Assembly (NCBI GenBank): GCA_951406725.2
Contig: OX597823.1
Coordinates: forward strand, 3,596,001-3,660,000
Direction of reading: 5' to 3'
Source of the DNA: Octopus vulgaris
Taxonomy: Eukaryota
DNA: 64,000 bases
A model generated the notes under the pieces. That model was not told the DNA's origin. It was given only the letters and a program-made list of their open reading frames with translations, and searched no databases. Each line of letters starts with the position of its first letter. Position 1 is the stretch's first letter. The position numbers and the translations under genes are program-made. This document shows, one piece after another, positions 1-11,665 of this stretch.

Positions 1-18
1 AACACATATTTTAACTAA

Positions 19-65
<47 letters not shown>

Positions 66-66
<1 letters not shown>

Positions 67-478
67 AGGCACGTGCCATCAGTAATTACTCAGTGTAGGC
101 AGTTGGTGATATTTATGTAGTAAAACACGTAAAAAAAATAAGCGAAACACAGCCATATGACTGAGTCGAAGGCAGAATTACTTTTTCCTTTATAGTACAT
201 AAAAAGAACATTGTTTTAGGAATGTACACAGCATGTGTACTACAACAGCACTATACGTAGTTTTAATACTGAAATTGAAAGGCAGGGATGAATTACGTCT
301 ACCCCTAATCTACAAAAAAAAAATTATTTTACATTTTATGCAGAGTAATCAGAGTAACCCTCATAATTTTATTGAATTAGGTGCATATTTTGCCATAAAA
401 GGAAAATGTTGTGATTGATCTACTTTTATTCAGGGTAGGTACAGCTTACCTTGCCTACCCAGGCGTGGCATGACCCTG
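66..478. mobile_element. hAT-like non-autonomous DNA transposon (MITE), degenerate
   Basis: Imperfect terminal inverted repeats caggcacgtgcca (66) / tggcatgaccctg (478), subterminal ggtagg/cctacc motifs, flanked by (TA)n; no clear TSD. Confidence 0.5.
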
Positions 479-710
479 ATTATATATATATATATAAAGA
501 TTCAGGTAAAAACCTTGTAGAATGCCATGCAAGGCTTGTCAATGAAGAACTTCTTTTGGCAATCATTTGAGGAGGTGCATTCTACACCTTTGATGTTGGA
601 AAATGATTGCACATCTCACCTATGTAGTACAGGTGTAAGAATCTGTTGAAACAACCAAAGTGATTTTAAATGAAGAATATCATTAATTCTATTTTTTTCC
701 ATTTGTTTCA

Positions 711-736
711 CCTTTTGGCTAAGATCAAAGTGTAGT
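711..736 (+). pseudogene. U2: U2 snRNA 5' fragment (about nt 13-38)
   Basis: ccttttggctaagatcaaagtgtagt matches the conserved U2 5' region up to the branch-point recognition sequence; the rest of U2 is absent. Confidence 0.75.
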
Positions 737-742
737 GTGTCT

Positions 743-749
<7 letters not shown>

Positions 750-817
<68 letters not shown>
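750..817. repeat. (TA)n microsatellite
   Basis: Perfect TA run; one of many in the window. Confidence 0.95.
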
Positions 818-819
<2 letters not shown>

Positions 820-820
<1 letters not shown>

Positions 821-1047
821 GCGGCGAGCTGGCAGAAACGTTAGCACGGCGGGCGAAATGCGTAGCCGTATTTCGTCTGCCATTACGTTCTGGGTTCAAA
901 TTCCGCCGAGGTCAACTTTACCTTTCATCCCTTTGGGGTCGAAAAATTAAGTACCAGTTACGCACTGGGGTCGATGTAATCGACTTAATCCGTTTGTCTG
1001 TCCTTGTTTGTCCCCTCTATGTTTATCCCCTTGTGGGTAGTAAAGAA
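820..1047 (+). mobile_element. tRNA-derived SINE, family A (full length)
   Basis: Head ggcggcgagctggcagaaacgttagc, B-box-like gggttcaaattcc, central cctttcatccc..ggggtcga..aagtaccag domain; about 12 related copies in the window. Confidence 0.85.
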
Positions 1048-1049
1048 GA

Positions 1050-1094
<45 letters not shown>

Positions 1095-1152
1095 GGTCTA
1101 CTTTCAGTTTCTGCCTACCAAATGCACTCACAAAGTTTTAGTCAGCCCAGAG

Positions 1153-1789
1153 CAGGACTGGCCAACCTGAGGCCTGCGGGCCACATGCAGCCCACAGACT
1201 TTTATCTTGCAACCTGCTTGATACTTTCTTGAAATGGGTTTATTTAAACAAACATTTTAAAACTTTTATCAAAAATTAAAGATTGTAATGAAAAGTAAAA
1301 GAGAAAGATTCTACTGTTTCTGCAACGATAATATTTCATGTTGAATCAACGATTATTCGTTCATTATATCTATTATATGGACATGTGTGTTTTCAGGGTG
1401 TGGGAGTAGAGACGTGTGTGTCTCTGGGTATAAGCACCTGTTTTTATGTTCAACAGTAAAAAGATTATTGCTTTAATGTCCGCTCTCTGGATGCTCTTCC
1501 CCTTGACAACTATTATCTGTTTCCAGGCAAGGTAATATTTCCCCAAGGCCAAACAGGTTTTCATGGAAGACTGGAAACAAATGACACTGCTTGTATAACA
1601 GTGATGCTCGTTTACAACTATTACACAATGCTAAGGCAAGGGAACACACATATGTATGTGTGTTAGAGATCATATATGTGGGTGCATGAGAAAGCAAAAT
1701 GCTTTCAATTCAGTCAGTATACAAGCGACCCTCAAAAAACTTTCTGCAATTAAAGTGGCCCACAATGTGACTCGAGTTGGCCAGGCCTG
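1153..1789. mobile_element. hAT/Charlie-like MITE nested in a family B SINE
   Basis: TIRs caggactggccaac / gttggccaggcctg (13/14 match); 8-bp TSD gcccagag (1145-1152) / gcctagag (1790-1797); the SINE sequence resumes on both sides. Confidence 0.8.
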
Positions 1790-3214
1790 GCCTAGAGCTT
1801 TAGAAGAACACATTTGCCTAAGGGGCTGCAGAATGAGGATGAACCCGAGGGAGGACATTTAGTTGGGAAGTGAAATTCTTAACCACACAGTCATGGTCGT
1901 ATGTTTATAAATGACGTGGAACGTGTGAAATACATATGGAATGGTTAATTAATCAGTTATTTATAAGCAAAAATCTAATTAAAAATACAGCAATCAAACA
2001 ATATTCCCTGGACAGGTAACATGCTGATATTCAACTACTTGTCATAATGCTGTTGTTATTGTTGTTGTGGTGGTTGTAATATTAGTTCAAGTGTGGGTAG
2101 TTACGAATTTCTGCAACTGTAAACAGAGATTGAATTTTAGTCGTTTATTTACTGATCGGCTCCAATCAGGCAGACTAAAGGTTCAAAATATTCCTGTCAT
2201 GACCATCACGAACATAGTATCGAGGACAACATTGCATAATACGTCACTCCCTGTTTAAGACATTAGGGTGTGATTTGAAAGAGATTGGGCTGCTGTTTCT
2301 AGCAGGTCGAGCGACCACTATAGGCTCCCTTATTGGCTTGTGTTAACACGACGAAACATTAGTCACTTATGACTTTAAGTACATTACAAATAGCTTGTCT
2401 TCCTAAAATTACTGTTTCATAAATGTGTGTCTGTGCTACACTGAAACACACCCTTCTAAATAATTGTGGTGGCAAAGTTTGCCTTGGAAAATATCTGAGT
2501 AAAATCATACAAAATATTTAGCAACTGACTGCAATAATACGATTAATAAATCAATGGGGTGTATTTATGTATGAAAATCTATTATATGGACATGTGTGTT
2601 TTCAGGGTGTGGGAGTAGAGACGTGTGTGTCTCTGGGTGTAAGCATCTGTTTTTATGTTCAACAGTAAAAAGATTATTGTTTTAATGTCCACTTCCTTGA
2701 AGCAGATTTTCTATGCCTGGATGCTTTTCCTCTTGACAAGTATTATCTGTTTCCAGGCAAGGTAATATTTCTCCATGGCCAAACATGTTTTCATGGAAGA
2801 CAGGAAACAAATGACACTGCTTGTATAACAGTGATGCTCGTTTACAACTATCACACAATGCCAAGGTAAGGAAACACACACACACATATGTATGTGTGTT
2901 ATAGAACACGTGTGTGAGTGTGTTTTGGGATCTCCTAGTCTTGACATCACGTGATAGTTATAAACAAATGTCACTGTCATATAAGCAGTGTCCCTTTTCT
3001 CCAGTCTGCCATGAAAACATGTCCAGCCATGGGGAAATATTGCTTTACTTGGAAACCTGTGAGAGTTGGTGACAGGAAGGGCATCCACAGCCGTACAAAA
3101 TCTATGTCAATGAGTTCTGCAAGCGTGGGAAAATGGAGATGAAGACAACGACTGTTACAAGGCTTGTGTTTTAACAGGTACTCAAGAAGACCTGCCCACC
3201 ACAACAGAAATGAG

Positions 3215-3418
3215 ATTCTAAAACCAAGGTGCCATGTAGAAAGCACCTGGTACACTCTGCAAAGTGGTCATCCAGAAGAGCATCCAGTTGTAGAAACCAA
3301 GCCAAAATAGAGACAATGAAACATGGTGTGGACCCCTGGCCATGTCAGTTCCTGTCAAGCTATCCAACCCATGCCAGCATGGGAAATGGACATTAAATGA
3401 CGATGGTTATGATGACGA
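3215..3418 (+). mobile_element. RTE 3'-UTR-derived short repeat
   Basis: gcatccagttgtagaaac..ccaacccatgccagcatgg..(gat)n tail, the same as the 3' end of the RTE at 44683-46490. Confidence 0.7.
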
Positions 3419-4839
3419 TTCTACCCTAATGAAATTGTTTCAATTCAATCTGGTTGTAACAAACTGAATCCATTCCAGTGCTGCACTGATGTCCATTTTG
3501 CTGAGGCTGCAAAGACGAACAGGAAATCTGCTCTTATTAGAGCACCGAGCGAATTATCAGGAAATGTTCCGTCCAGTTTAGCATGTTCCTTGAGACGTAA
3601 TGAATGCATGTTGCTAACAGCTGATGGCAGGACTCCTGACTAGGATGTTTTAATGCAATCGATGGCTCCCTCACCTGAGTTCCACTATACTAGGGTTGAC
3701 TGAATCAGCAACTGAATTAGATTGAATCAATTTTGCATCACCCCACCACCTGCAAAAATTGGCTGTGAGCCCAGTCCAAAGAAATCAATAACTAGAAAAT
3801 CACTCTTTCAATATTGGTCCATATCTATGATACCCTGATATACAATATTGAAATAGAGCAATGATTATAATTTGTTAAGGCAGATTTCCAGTAGCCGGAT
3901 GCCTTTCCTGTTGCTAACCCTCGCCTGTTTCCAAGCAAGGCAATACTTCTCCATAGCTGGGAAGGTTTTTCACAGAAGACTGGAAATGAGGCACAGCACT
4001 CGCATGTTGACAACATTCATTTACGCCTGCCATGTCATTTTAATTTTGACAGGCACTAGCATACCTGTGCGGGTAAGAAATTTGCTTCCCAGCCATGTGG
4101 TTTCAGGTTCAGTCCCACTGCATGGTATTTTGGGCAAGTGCCTTCAACTATGGTCCTGGGCCAACCAAAGGCTTGTGAGCGAACAGAAATTAAAAGAAAC
4201 TCATCATCATCATCTGTGTGTGTGTGTGTGAAGGTGCATGGCTCACTGATTCCTGGACTGTGTGTTGTTGTATTCTTGAGCAAGACACTTTATTTCATAT
4301 TTGTCCAGCAGAAAAGAGTTGCGACATCACTGATGCCAAGCTGTATTGGCCCCCTTTGCCATTCCCTTGGATAACATTGGGAGCATGGAGAGGGGGAGGC
4401 TGGTATGCATGGGAAACTGCTGGTCTTCCATAAAATCAACCCTAGGTTGTGTGTTTGTCAGTGAGGCAACTTTCTGCCCAGACTTGTACTCTGGAGGGGA
4501 ACCTCTTAGGTGCACCCATGGTCATTCATGACCGACAGAGTCAAGTTACACACACACACACAGTGCCCCAGCATGGCTGTAGTCCAATGACTGAAACAAG
4601 TCTGTGTATATGAGTGTGTGTGTGTATGTTCATGTGTCCCTTTGCTGGCACAATGATGATGCTTTCTTACCATCTTGTAATGTCAAGACAATGTTGTTCA
4701 ATTCCAGTCTTCCATGAAAAACATGTCTGGCCAAAAGGAAATTTAACTTTGTTTGGAAACAGGTGAGGGTTGGTGACAGGAAGGGCATCCAGCCTTAGAA
4801 CATATGCCCTCTGACACATTCATAGATTTTGTTTTTTTT

Positions 4840-5985
4840 ATATACTCAGGCTTATTCCCCAATTTTTTAAGAGTGGGTGGCCACAATAGGACACACACCA
4901 AGCATTCCATTCATTTCCCAGCTCAAAGAGGTGAGCCTCATTCTATGCTCAGGTCAAGGCATAGAATGCAACCCCCAACAGCATAAGCTGGTTTACCCCC
5001 GCTGCATCATGCTGGTTCCATACCCCTTTGAGCAACATCAAAATTCACTCATCCATCCACAAACAATCTCCAAGCTTTCCTACCATTTATAAACTCTCTC
5101 ACCTCTCTCACTCCAACACCTCTGACCACCAAAGCTTTCCTCGCTCCATCCATCCATACAAACCGAGGTCTGCCTCTGGTTCTGCTGCCCACCACTTCTT
5201 ACTTCATCAGCCTCCTTACCATCCACTCCTCATCCATCCTCTCCATGTGGATAAACCACCTCAACATTCGGTTATCCATTTTGATTGTTACACACCTCCT
5301 CATTCCTCATCCTGTCCATCCATGTCACACCAACCATAGCCTTCAGACATCTCATCTCAAACACATCTAGTTGGCTCTTTTCCACTTCTCTCAGCCCCAC
5401 CCCCGTCTCTGCACCATATAGCATTGTCAGCACAATCATGCCCTCAAGCACCCCTCTATTCACTTTCATACTCAACCTTTTATCTCTCATCATACTTTGC
5501 ACAACTCCAAGTGTCTTACTCCCCTCCCTCACTCTGTATCCCACTTCCTCAGCCAACCTCTCCCCATCACCATCTCATGTGATCCCAGATACTTAAAAAC
5601 ACTCACCTCCTCTTAACACCTCACCATTTACACTCACATTCATTCCTACCAGCCATTCCATCACTTGAACATCTCATCACCTTTCTCTTAGCTACATTCA
5701 CTTTCAGTTTCCTCCTCTCACACACTCTTCCAGACTCTACCACCAGTCTCCTCAGTTGCTCTTCCGAACCCATCATCAGCAAACAACAACTGACTCACCT
5801 GCCATTTCTCTCCATTTTCTCCCACCATTTGGGCTCCCTTACCAAGGGGTCTAGCATTTACCTCTCTCACCATAGCATCCACATGTAAAATAAACAGCCA
5901 TGGAGACATCACACAACCTTGTCTTAGCCCCACCTTCACATCAAACCATTCACTTGCTTTACCACCTACCCTAATGCATGCCCTA
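4840..5985 (-). mobile_element. RTE-BovB-like LINE, 5'-truncated and frameshifted
   Basis: ORF 5718-6026 has RT motifs GLRQGCVMSPWLF and LLFADD; ORF 5272-5556 has LYGAET..FEMRCLKAMVGVTWMDRMRNEEV. Confidence 0.9.
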
Positions 5986-6423
5986 ATTTCAAGTGAAGGG
6001 ACAGGGGATCCACTCTGCCTAGACATTTCATCTTCCTAAAAAAACTGGCCCATTCAAGCATGGAAAAATAGATATTATAATGATGATGATATATACTTAT
6101 GATATTAACATATATAATATCAAGGTATTGTAATAAACAGTGTACTTTCAAGATATACAATATTGAGGTGTAGCAATAATATTTGTACATTTAATATCAA
6201 TCTATATCAATGATAAGGCAGCAAGCTGGTGGAACCATTAGCAGGCTGGGGCAAAATGCTTAGTAGCATTTCATCCATTTTTATGTTGAGTTCAAATTCT
6301 GCCAAGGTCGACTTTGCCTTTTTTCCTTTTGGGATTGATAAAATAAGTACAAGTTGAACACAGGGGTCAATTATTTACATTATTTACATTTGATGGATAT
6401 TGGTCTTCATCTTGTTTGCTGTT

Positions 6424-6469
6424 AACACAATGTTTCGGCTGATATACCTTCCAGCTTTCATCAGGTGTC
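6424..6469 (-). ncRNA. Minimal type-I hammerhead ribozyme motif
   Basis: Minus strand: GACAC CUGAUGA AAGCUG-GAAGGUAUAU-CAGCC GAAAC AUU GUGUU; stem I GACAC/GUGUU; cleavage triplet is AUU here versus GUU in the sister copy. Confidence 0.75.
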
Positions 6470-6547
6470 TTGGGGGGAAATTTCCAACCTGGGTTCTCAT
6501 TCCTAACATATTTTTCAATGTTAATATTATTATTATTGTTCAGGTCA

Positions 6548-6615
6548 CTGCCTGGAATCAAACTCGGAATCTTGGGGTTAGTAGCCTGCACTCTTAACCG
6601 CTGCGCCATATGCCC
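6548..6615 (-). promoter_or_regulatory. tRNA-derived internal Pol III promoter (A and B boxes)
   Basis: Minus strand: TGGCGCAGCGG (A box), anticodon-like loop CTACTAA, GTTTGATTCC (B box, one mismatch). Confidence 0.7.
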
Positions 6616-6682
6616 ATGGGCATATAATAATAACATCAAAAAATACTTTAGGAATGAGAACCCAGGTTCGAAATTTCCCCAA

Positions 6683-6724
6683 GACACCTGATGAAGCCTA
6701 AGAGGGTATATCAGCCGAAACGTT
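6683..6724 (+). ncRNA. Minimal type-I hammerhead motif, 3' arm of stem I replaced by an inversion
   Basis: GACAC CUGAUGA AGCCUAAGAGGGUAUAUCAGCC GAAAC GUU, followed by an inverted copy instead of GUGUU; stem II weakened. Confidence 0.6.
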
Positions 6725-8423
6725 TCGGCTGATATACCCGAAAAAAGATGGGGACAAATATCCGTCAAATGTACATAATATAAATAATGTGCATAATTCC
6801 TCATCTCTTAAAGAACGGGGGTCAATGTTGTCAACTTACCCTCTTCCTTGAAATTGCTGGCCTTGTGCCAAAATTTGAAACCAATATCAATCAAAATATT
6901 GCACATGTTAATATCATAGATATGGATGATAGTGAAAGTACAATGTCAAGATATAATAATGATATTGTACTTTTAATATTGATTTATATCTATGATATTA
7001 AGATATATGATATCGATATAGCAATGGTTTGCCAGAAAGGCATTACCACAAAACATAGACAGCATCCCCCCCCCTGCTGCAAATATAAGACAAAAAGTTC
7101 TTCAATACAAGAGAGAAGAAATAATTTTTTCGCCTATAAACAGTCTTACAGGAACTAAGATGAGATCAAGGATGCAGAATTTATTAATCAATACAACCCC
7201 CACTATAGAATATCAACCAATGAAATTGCTAAGAAATATACGATCAACCAATGAAATTGCTTTCACAAGTGTAATATTGGCCAATAAAATTGTAAGTATG
7301 AAATGTAGGCCAATGAATTGCTAAACAGGAAATGTAATAGGCCAATGAAATACCTAGAAATGAATTACCAGATTGTTTATTAAGTCAATAAATTTGGGAG
7401 TTACACATCTTCAGATCAGTTTTATCTCTCTTATTACAGTTAATTATATTTTCATAAAGGAGAGCATTGTAGCTTGTGTAAAGCATTGTGATATAAGAAA
7501 AAATAAAATAATGTAAAGCAGAGAGTTTCTTATAAAGTGAAAAGAATTTATTAATCCTTTATATTTCAGGTGACTCACTCATCATCAACAGATGACAGAC
7601 AAAAAATATGATATAAAGTTTATGGCATAATCTGGCTGACTAACATCGTGCACATATGAAGCTTGCATTACAACACACATATGCACACAAGTATGCATGA
7701 GGTAACCTCTATATATTCACTCTACCTGCTAGAAAGAGCAACCAAATTTCCCTCATATCATACCAATGTTTTGGAGATTTCCTTCAGTAATGAACATTAC
7801 ACTACCATCACCGTACTGTTGGTCAGTCAAAGAAGTCAACCACATTTTCTTTGCCTTGAGACAATTGAGCCTAACTAGCAAGCTAACTGACAATTCATTA
7901 AACAATTTTATTTTGTTGCAAATGAACCAGGGACATCTCAAACCAATGGAGCTAATGAAGAGAACCCATAAACAGTCGTACAACATGGTAGAAACACCAG
8001 CTGAATTCTCCTTTTTTAGTCTTAAAAAAAATTAGCACATTAAACAAAGTAATTCTACCTACACCCACAAAAAAAAAAAAAAAAGAAAGGAATGGTCTAG
8101 GTTTGAATACCTTTTATCATAGGTGTGTACTCAATCAGAGCTGACCTGGAACTCAATTACTCAAAGGTAAGGAAGCAAATATAATACACGCTTATCTGAA
8201 GGAAATAAGACACTTTAGTATCAGTCACTAAACCTAAACAGGATTTCAATCTAAGCTGGATTTTGATTTCAGAAGTAAAACACACGAATCATACTGGACA
8301 AACCATAACTTAAGAAATCTTTGGTTATATTTGCCGAGAACAGTCCAGGAATTCTTAGCTTGTCATCACATGATACCTACTCATCCAGTTTTTATTCATG
8401 TGATTGTCTGCTTTTTTCTTCTT

Positions 8424-8456
<33 letters not shown>

Positions 8457-9676
8457 TGTTTTTTGTAATTTATTATGGCTAAATATAGTACAGTATCTAT
8501 TGAAACATATACACATATTGATTTCTTACAAAGAATACAGCAATTTTTGCAAGGTGGGGCTGCAGTCAATTTAAACAGGTCTACTTTTATGAAAACTTAT
8601 ATTTTATCAGCAAGAGTAGGGTAAAATGTAAAACCAAAATCAGTAGGATTTGAAATCAGAAAAACATTATCCCTGTCAGAAGAGAGATTAACTTTCTTCA
8701 ATCTTTGTTATTAAAAGCAACAAATTATACAAGAAATTTCAACTCTAAATATCATTGTCATCTTTTAATGTCTATCTTCTATGCTGGCATGAGTTGGACA
8801 GATTGATAGGATCTGATGAGGTGAAAGGGATGCATTGTGCTCCCATATCGGCACTAAAAGTGTGTCTGGATGCCCTTCTTAAAGGCTAACCACTGTACTA
8901 AGTGTATTGGGTGGTGCTGTTTTCACGGTACCAACACTAGTGAGGGTGCCATACAACTCACAATACAAAGTTGGACTTTGAGTGGGGCTACAGTATAACG
9001 GGGAGAAAGAGTTAGGTGAAAGGTTAAAGTATGAATGACAGGTTAACAAGAACATCTGGACATTGACAAGGAGAGATGATCACAATAGTTTAGACATAAC
9101 TAAGAAAAAAAATGGTATTTGAGATGTATATATATATATATATATAAACAACACAAAAACTGGAACAAGAATGTAACAGGCGACAACAAAACATTTGGAC
9201 AGTTAGACAATACAAAAAAAGGAGAGGAAAAAACAAGAACAGGCTTTCAATCTTCAGTCAAGTACCAGATTGTCATAGCAGTTTCGGCCGATATAGATAG
9301 ATGGATGGATGGATATCAAACACAGGTATATATTCTTTGATGATCTACGGACAATTACGTAATTTATTGATAGTGAAACATGTATACGAATAATCCATAT
9401 TTTTATTACTTTTTCTTTTGTCTTGCTCGATTATGTTTTAGTTGTTTTGCTAAATTTTTCTTGAGAACATTTCTTAGTGGTGAGACCGTAGCGGATCTAT
9501 TTCTAGGTGTCCATATGGGTGTCCACAGCATGGGTTGGACGTGGTTTCAGATCTGGCAGTGTTTCTACAGCTGGATGCCCTTCCTAACGCCAACCACTCC
9601 GAGAGTGTAGTGGGTGATTTTATGTGCACGACACAGGTGCCAGACGAGGCTGGCAGACGGCCACGCTCGGATGGTG

Positions 9677-9732
<56 letters not shown>

Positions 9733-9828
9733 CAATTTTACTGAACCTTTAGTTTTTTTTAATGCTAGACCACTGGTGTGAAATCGATGTTAATCAAATT
9801 AATATCTAATTTCTCACCCTCATTTAAA

Positions 9829-9867
<39 letters not shown>

Positions 9868-10039
9868 TATATACGATGGGTTTCTTTCAGTTTCTGTCTA
9901 CCAAATCCACTCACAAGGCTTTGGTTGTAGAAGACACTTGCCCAAGGTGCCACGCAGTGGGATTGAACCCAGAACCATGTGGTTCATAAGCAATATTCCA
10001 ATAAATCTTTCTATCCTAGGAAGATTTCAATGCTTGAGG

Positions 10040-10750
10040 TTTTATTGTACTTCAAGCCATTCACAGCAAAGTGGACTTTTTTTAAACGTTGAGTGGGTTC
10101 TGCCGTGCACCTCTTTGGTAAGTCTAGATGAGATGTGTTGTAAAATAGCTTCTTCGCCAACATTAGGATAGCAAACCTGGAGCTGCTCAAACTGTTCCTT
10201 CTTGCAGTGATTGATTTTCCTTGGCTTTTAGGAGGTTTGTAAAGTCTCTGTTTTTAATTGGTGTCCAGCTAATCATTTACAAGTTGTAGATGGCCTTTGT
10301 AGCATTGAAGAAACTGATGACATCATTGATGACCATGAGGTGTAGGTTTTCTTATATCTTTTTTAGTTCTCTCTCCCTTTTCATCATCAGTCTTTTAGAA
10401 CATGACTAATCTACTGTGTCAGAATTTTGCTTTTCTGATAAGCTTTACTCTTTTTGTTGGGTATGAGGCTCTGTGGGCTGTCTACTTCTCTTCATTGAGG
10501 TGTTAGGGATCCTTGTCATTAAACCAGTCTTGTTGTTTCTGTGTCTGTATATCAATGCTTTGTTCATATGTTGAAGGGGTGGCCCTTTTCAACATACCCA
10601 ACAATGGTTCTTCAATTATTAATAGGTATTCAGTGCCATATTTTTGTTCAACTCTTTGCTGAAATTTTATCCTTTTTGTAATGTTTTTCACAGATGCTAC
10701 AGTAAATTTTGGGAATGTTCACTTCCTTAATGTCCTTTGTCTAGGTTTAA
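10040..10750 (-). mobile_element. Old, degenerate RTE LINE fragment (endonuclease-RT linker)
   Basis: ORF 10503-10691 ends KQQDWFNDKDP, resembling the RTE-BovB 'QDWFDEND' motif; heavily decayed. Confidence 0.55.
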
Positions 10751-10879
10751 TTCCAATTCAGCAGCAATTTTGGTTCAAGGGACAGTGTAAACAGTTATCA
10801 GTTCATGTGACAGCCTTGATATAGAGTACATCTTTACAGTTACAAGACCTGATACTAATGTACTCAATAAAGTACCGGC

Positions 10880-11665
10880 GTTTAAACCGGAACTTCTACC
10901 TGGATGTAGTGGAGAGGCTTGTTTGTTCTGGTGATGCTACCAGGAGCCTCATGCTCTTGACAGGGCAGCAAGGTTGCCTATTGCCCCAAGTTCTTAATGG
11001 TAGATAAGGCAGGTAATATGAAATTAACTCACACAGTGGTTGGCAAGGTGGGAGAGGGCTGTAGTTATTCTTTTCATCTTGAATTATCTTGATTATCTGA
11101 AGGTTTAGCAAGGACTGCGCATCTTATTATGTGGTGCACCATTCACATGTTAAACCAACTCAATCTGCATTGTTATGTGTGTTGCAAGAACTGACAATCA
11201 GCTGGTGGGTGGGTGGGGGGGGGGGGGCAGGATTCTTAATGAGGAAGCTCCTAGTTGATATACAGTACACAGGGTATGAGTTTAGTTTAGTTGATGAATT
11301 CTTGCACAGAAGCAGGAGAGTTTTTTTGACAATATCTATGAATGGGTAGGCCTTTTTCTTTTTTAGGAGCCACTCTACAATGAGAGGGAGCTAAGAAAGG
11401 TACCTGAAACAGCCTGCTTCACCTTATCTGCTCTGAATAACTGCACCCAGAGGGACTAGAAAACCTTGCAGTCGGAACACTAACATGAAATTCAAAGGTA
11501 CAAACTTGGATGGATATAGTTAACTACAATGGAGCAAAGATGAGAAGAGCTTTGTTCAGAAACTCAGAGAATTCAACTGCCTTATCATTGCTCTCAGCAA
11601 GACCAGACATGTAGGAGAAGGTCGGCTAAAGGCAGAGAAAGGAGGTTGCATTTTCTTCAGTACAT
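10880..11665 (+). mobile_element. Old RTE LINE 5' region with AP-endonuclease N-terminus
   Basis: About 11560-11660 translates KLREFNCLIIALSKTRHVGEGRLKAEKGGCIFF, similar to the RTE 'ELARYNIDIAALSETR..GEG.L.E..GGYTFF' segment. Confidence 0.6.

Larger units (their letters stand above)
6372..6812. mobile_element. Non-autonomous Penelope-like inverted-dimer element with tRNA-like head and two hammerheads
   Basis: Inverted arms about 6372-6535 and 6626-6790, centred on palindrome atatgcccatgggcatat (6608-6625); one HHR motif per arm; extra 3' tail on the right arm. Confidence 0.75.
6217..6888 (+). mobile_element. Family A SINE split by the PLE-like insertion
   Basis: SINE head and core 6217-6371 and tail 6818-6888; ggggtcaat is duplicated at both junctions. 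Confidence 0.75.

Noticed and set aside
6548-6615. Functional tRNA gene
   Set aside because: Acceptor stem does not pair, the B box is mutated, and it is embedded in a repeat; the same applies to the SINE heads.
8813-8830. ctgatgaggtgaaag as a hammerhead
   Set aside because: No room for stem II and no stem I pairing; lies in a decayed RTE tail.
9137-9292. Hammerhead in the repeat family at 9137-9292 and 36420-36700
   Set aside because: gaaa and ctga.ga half-motifs are present on the minus strand but I could not build consistent stems; may be PLE-related but unsupported.
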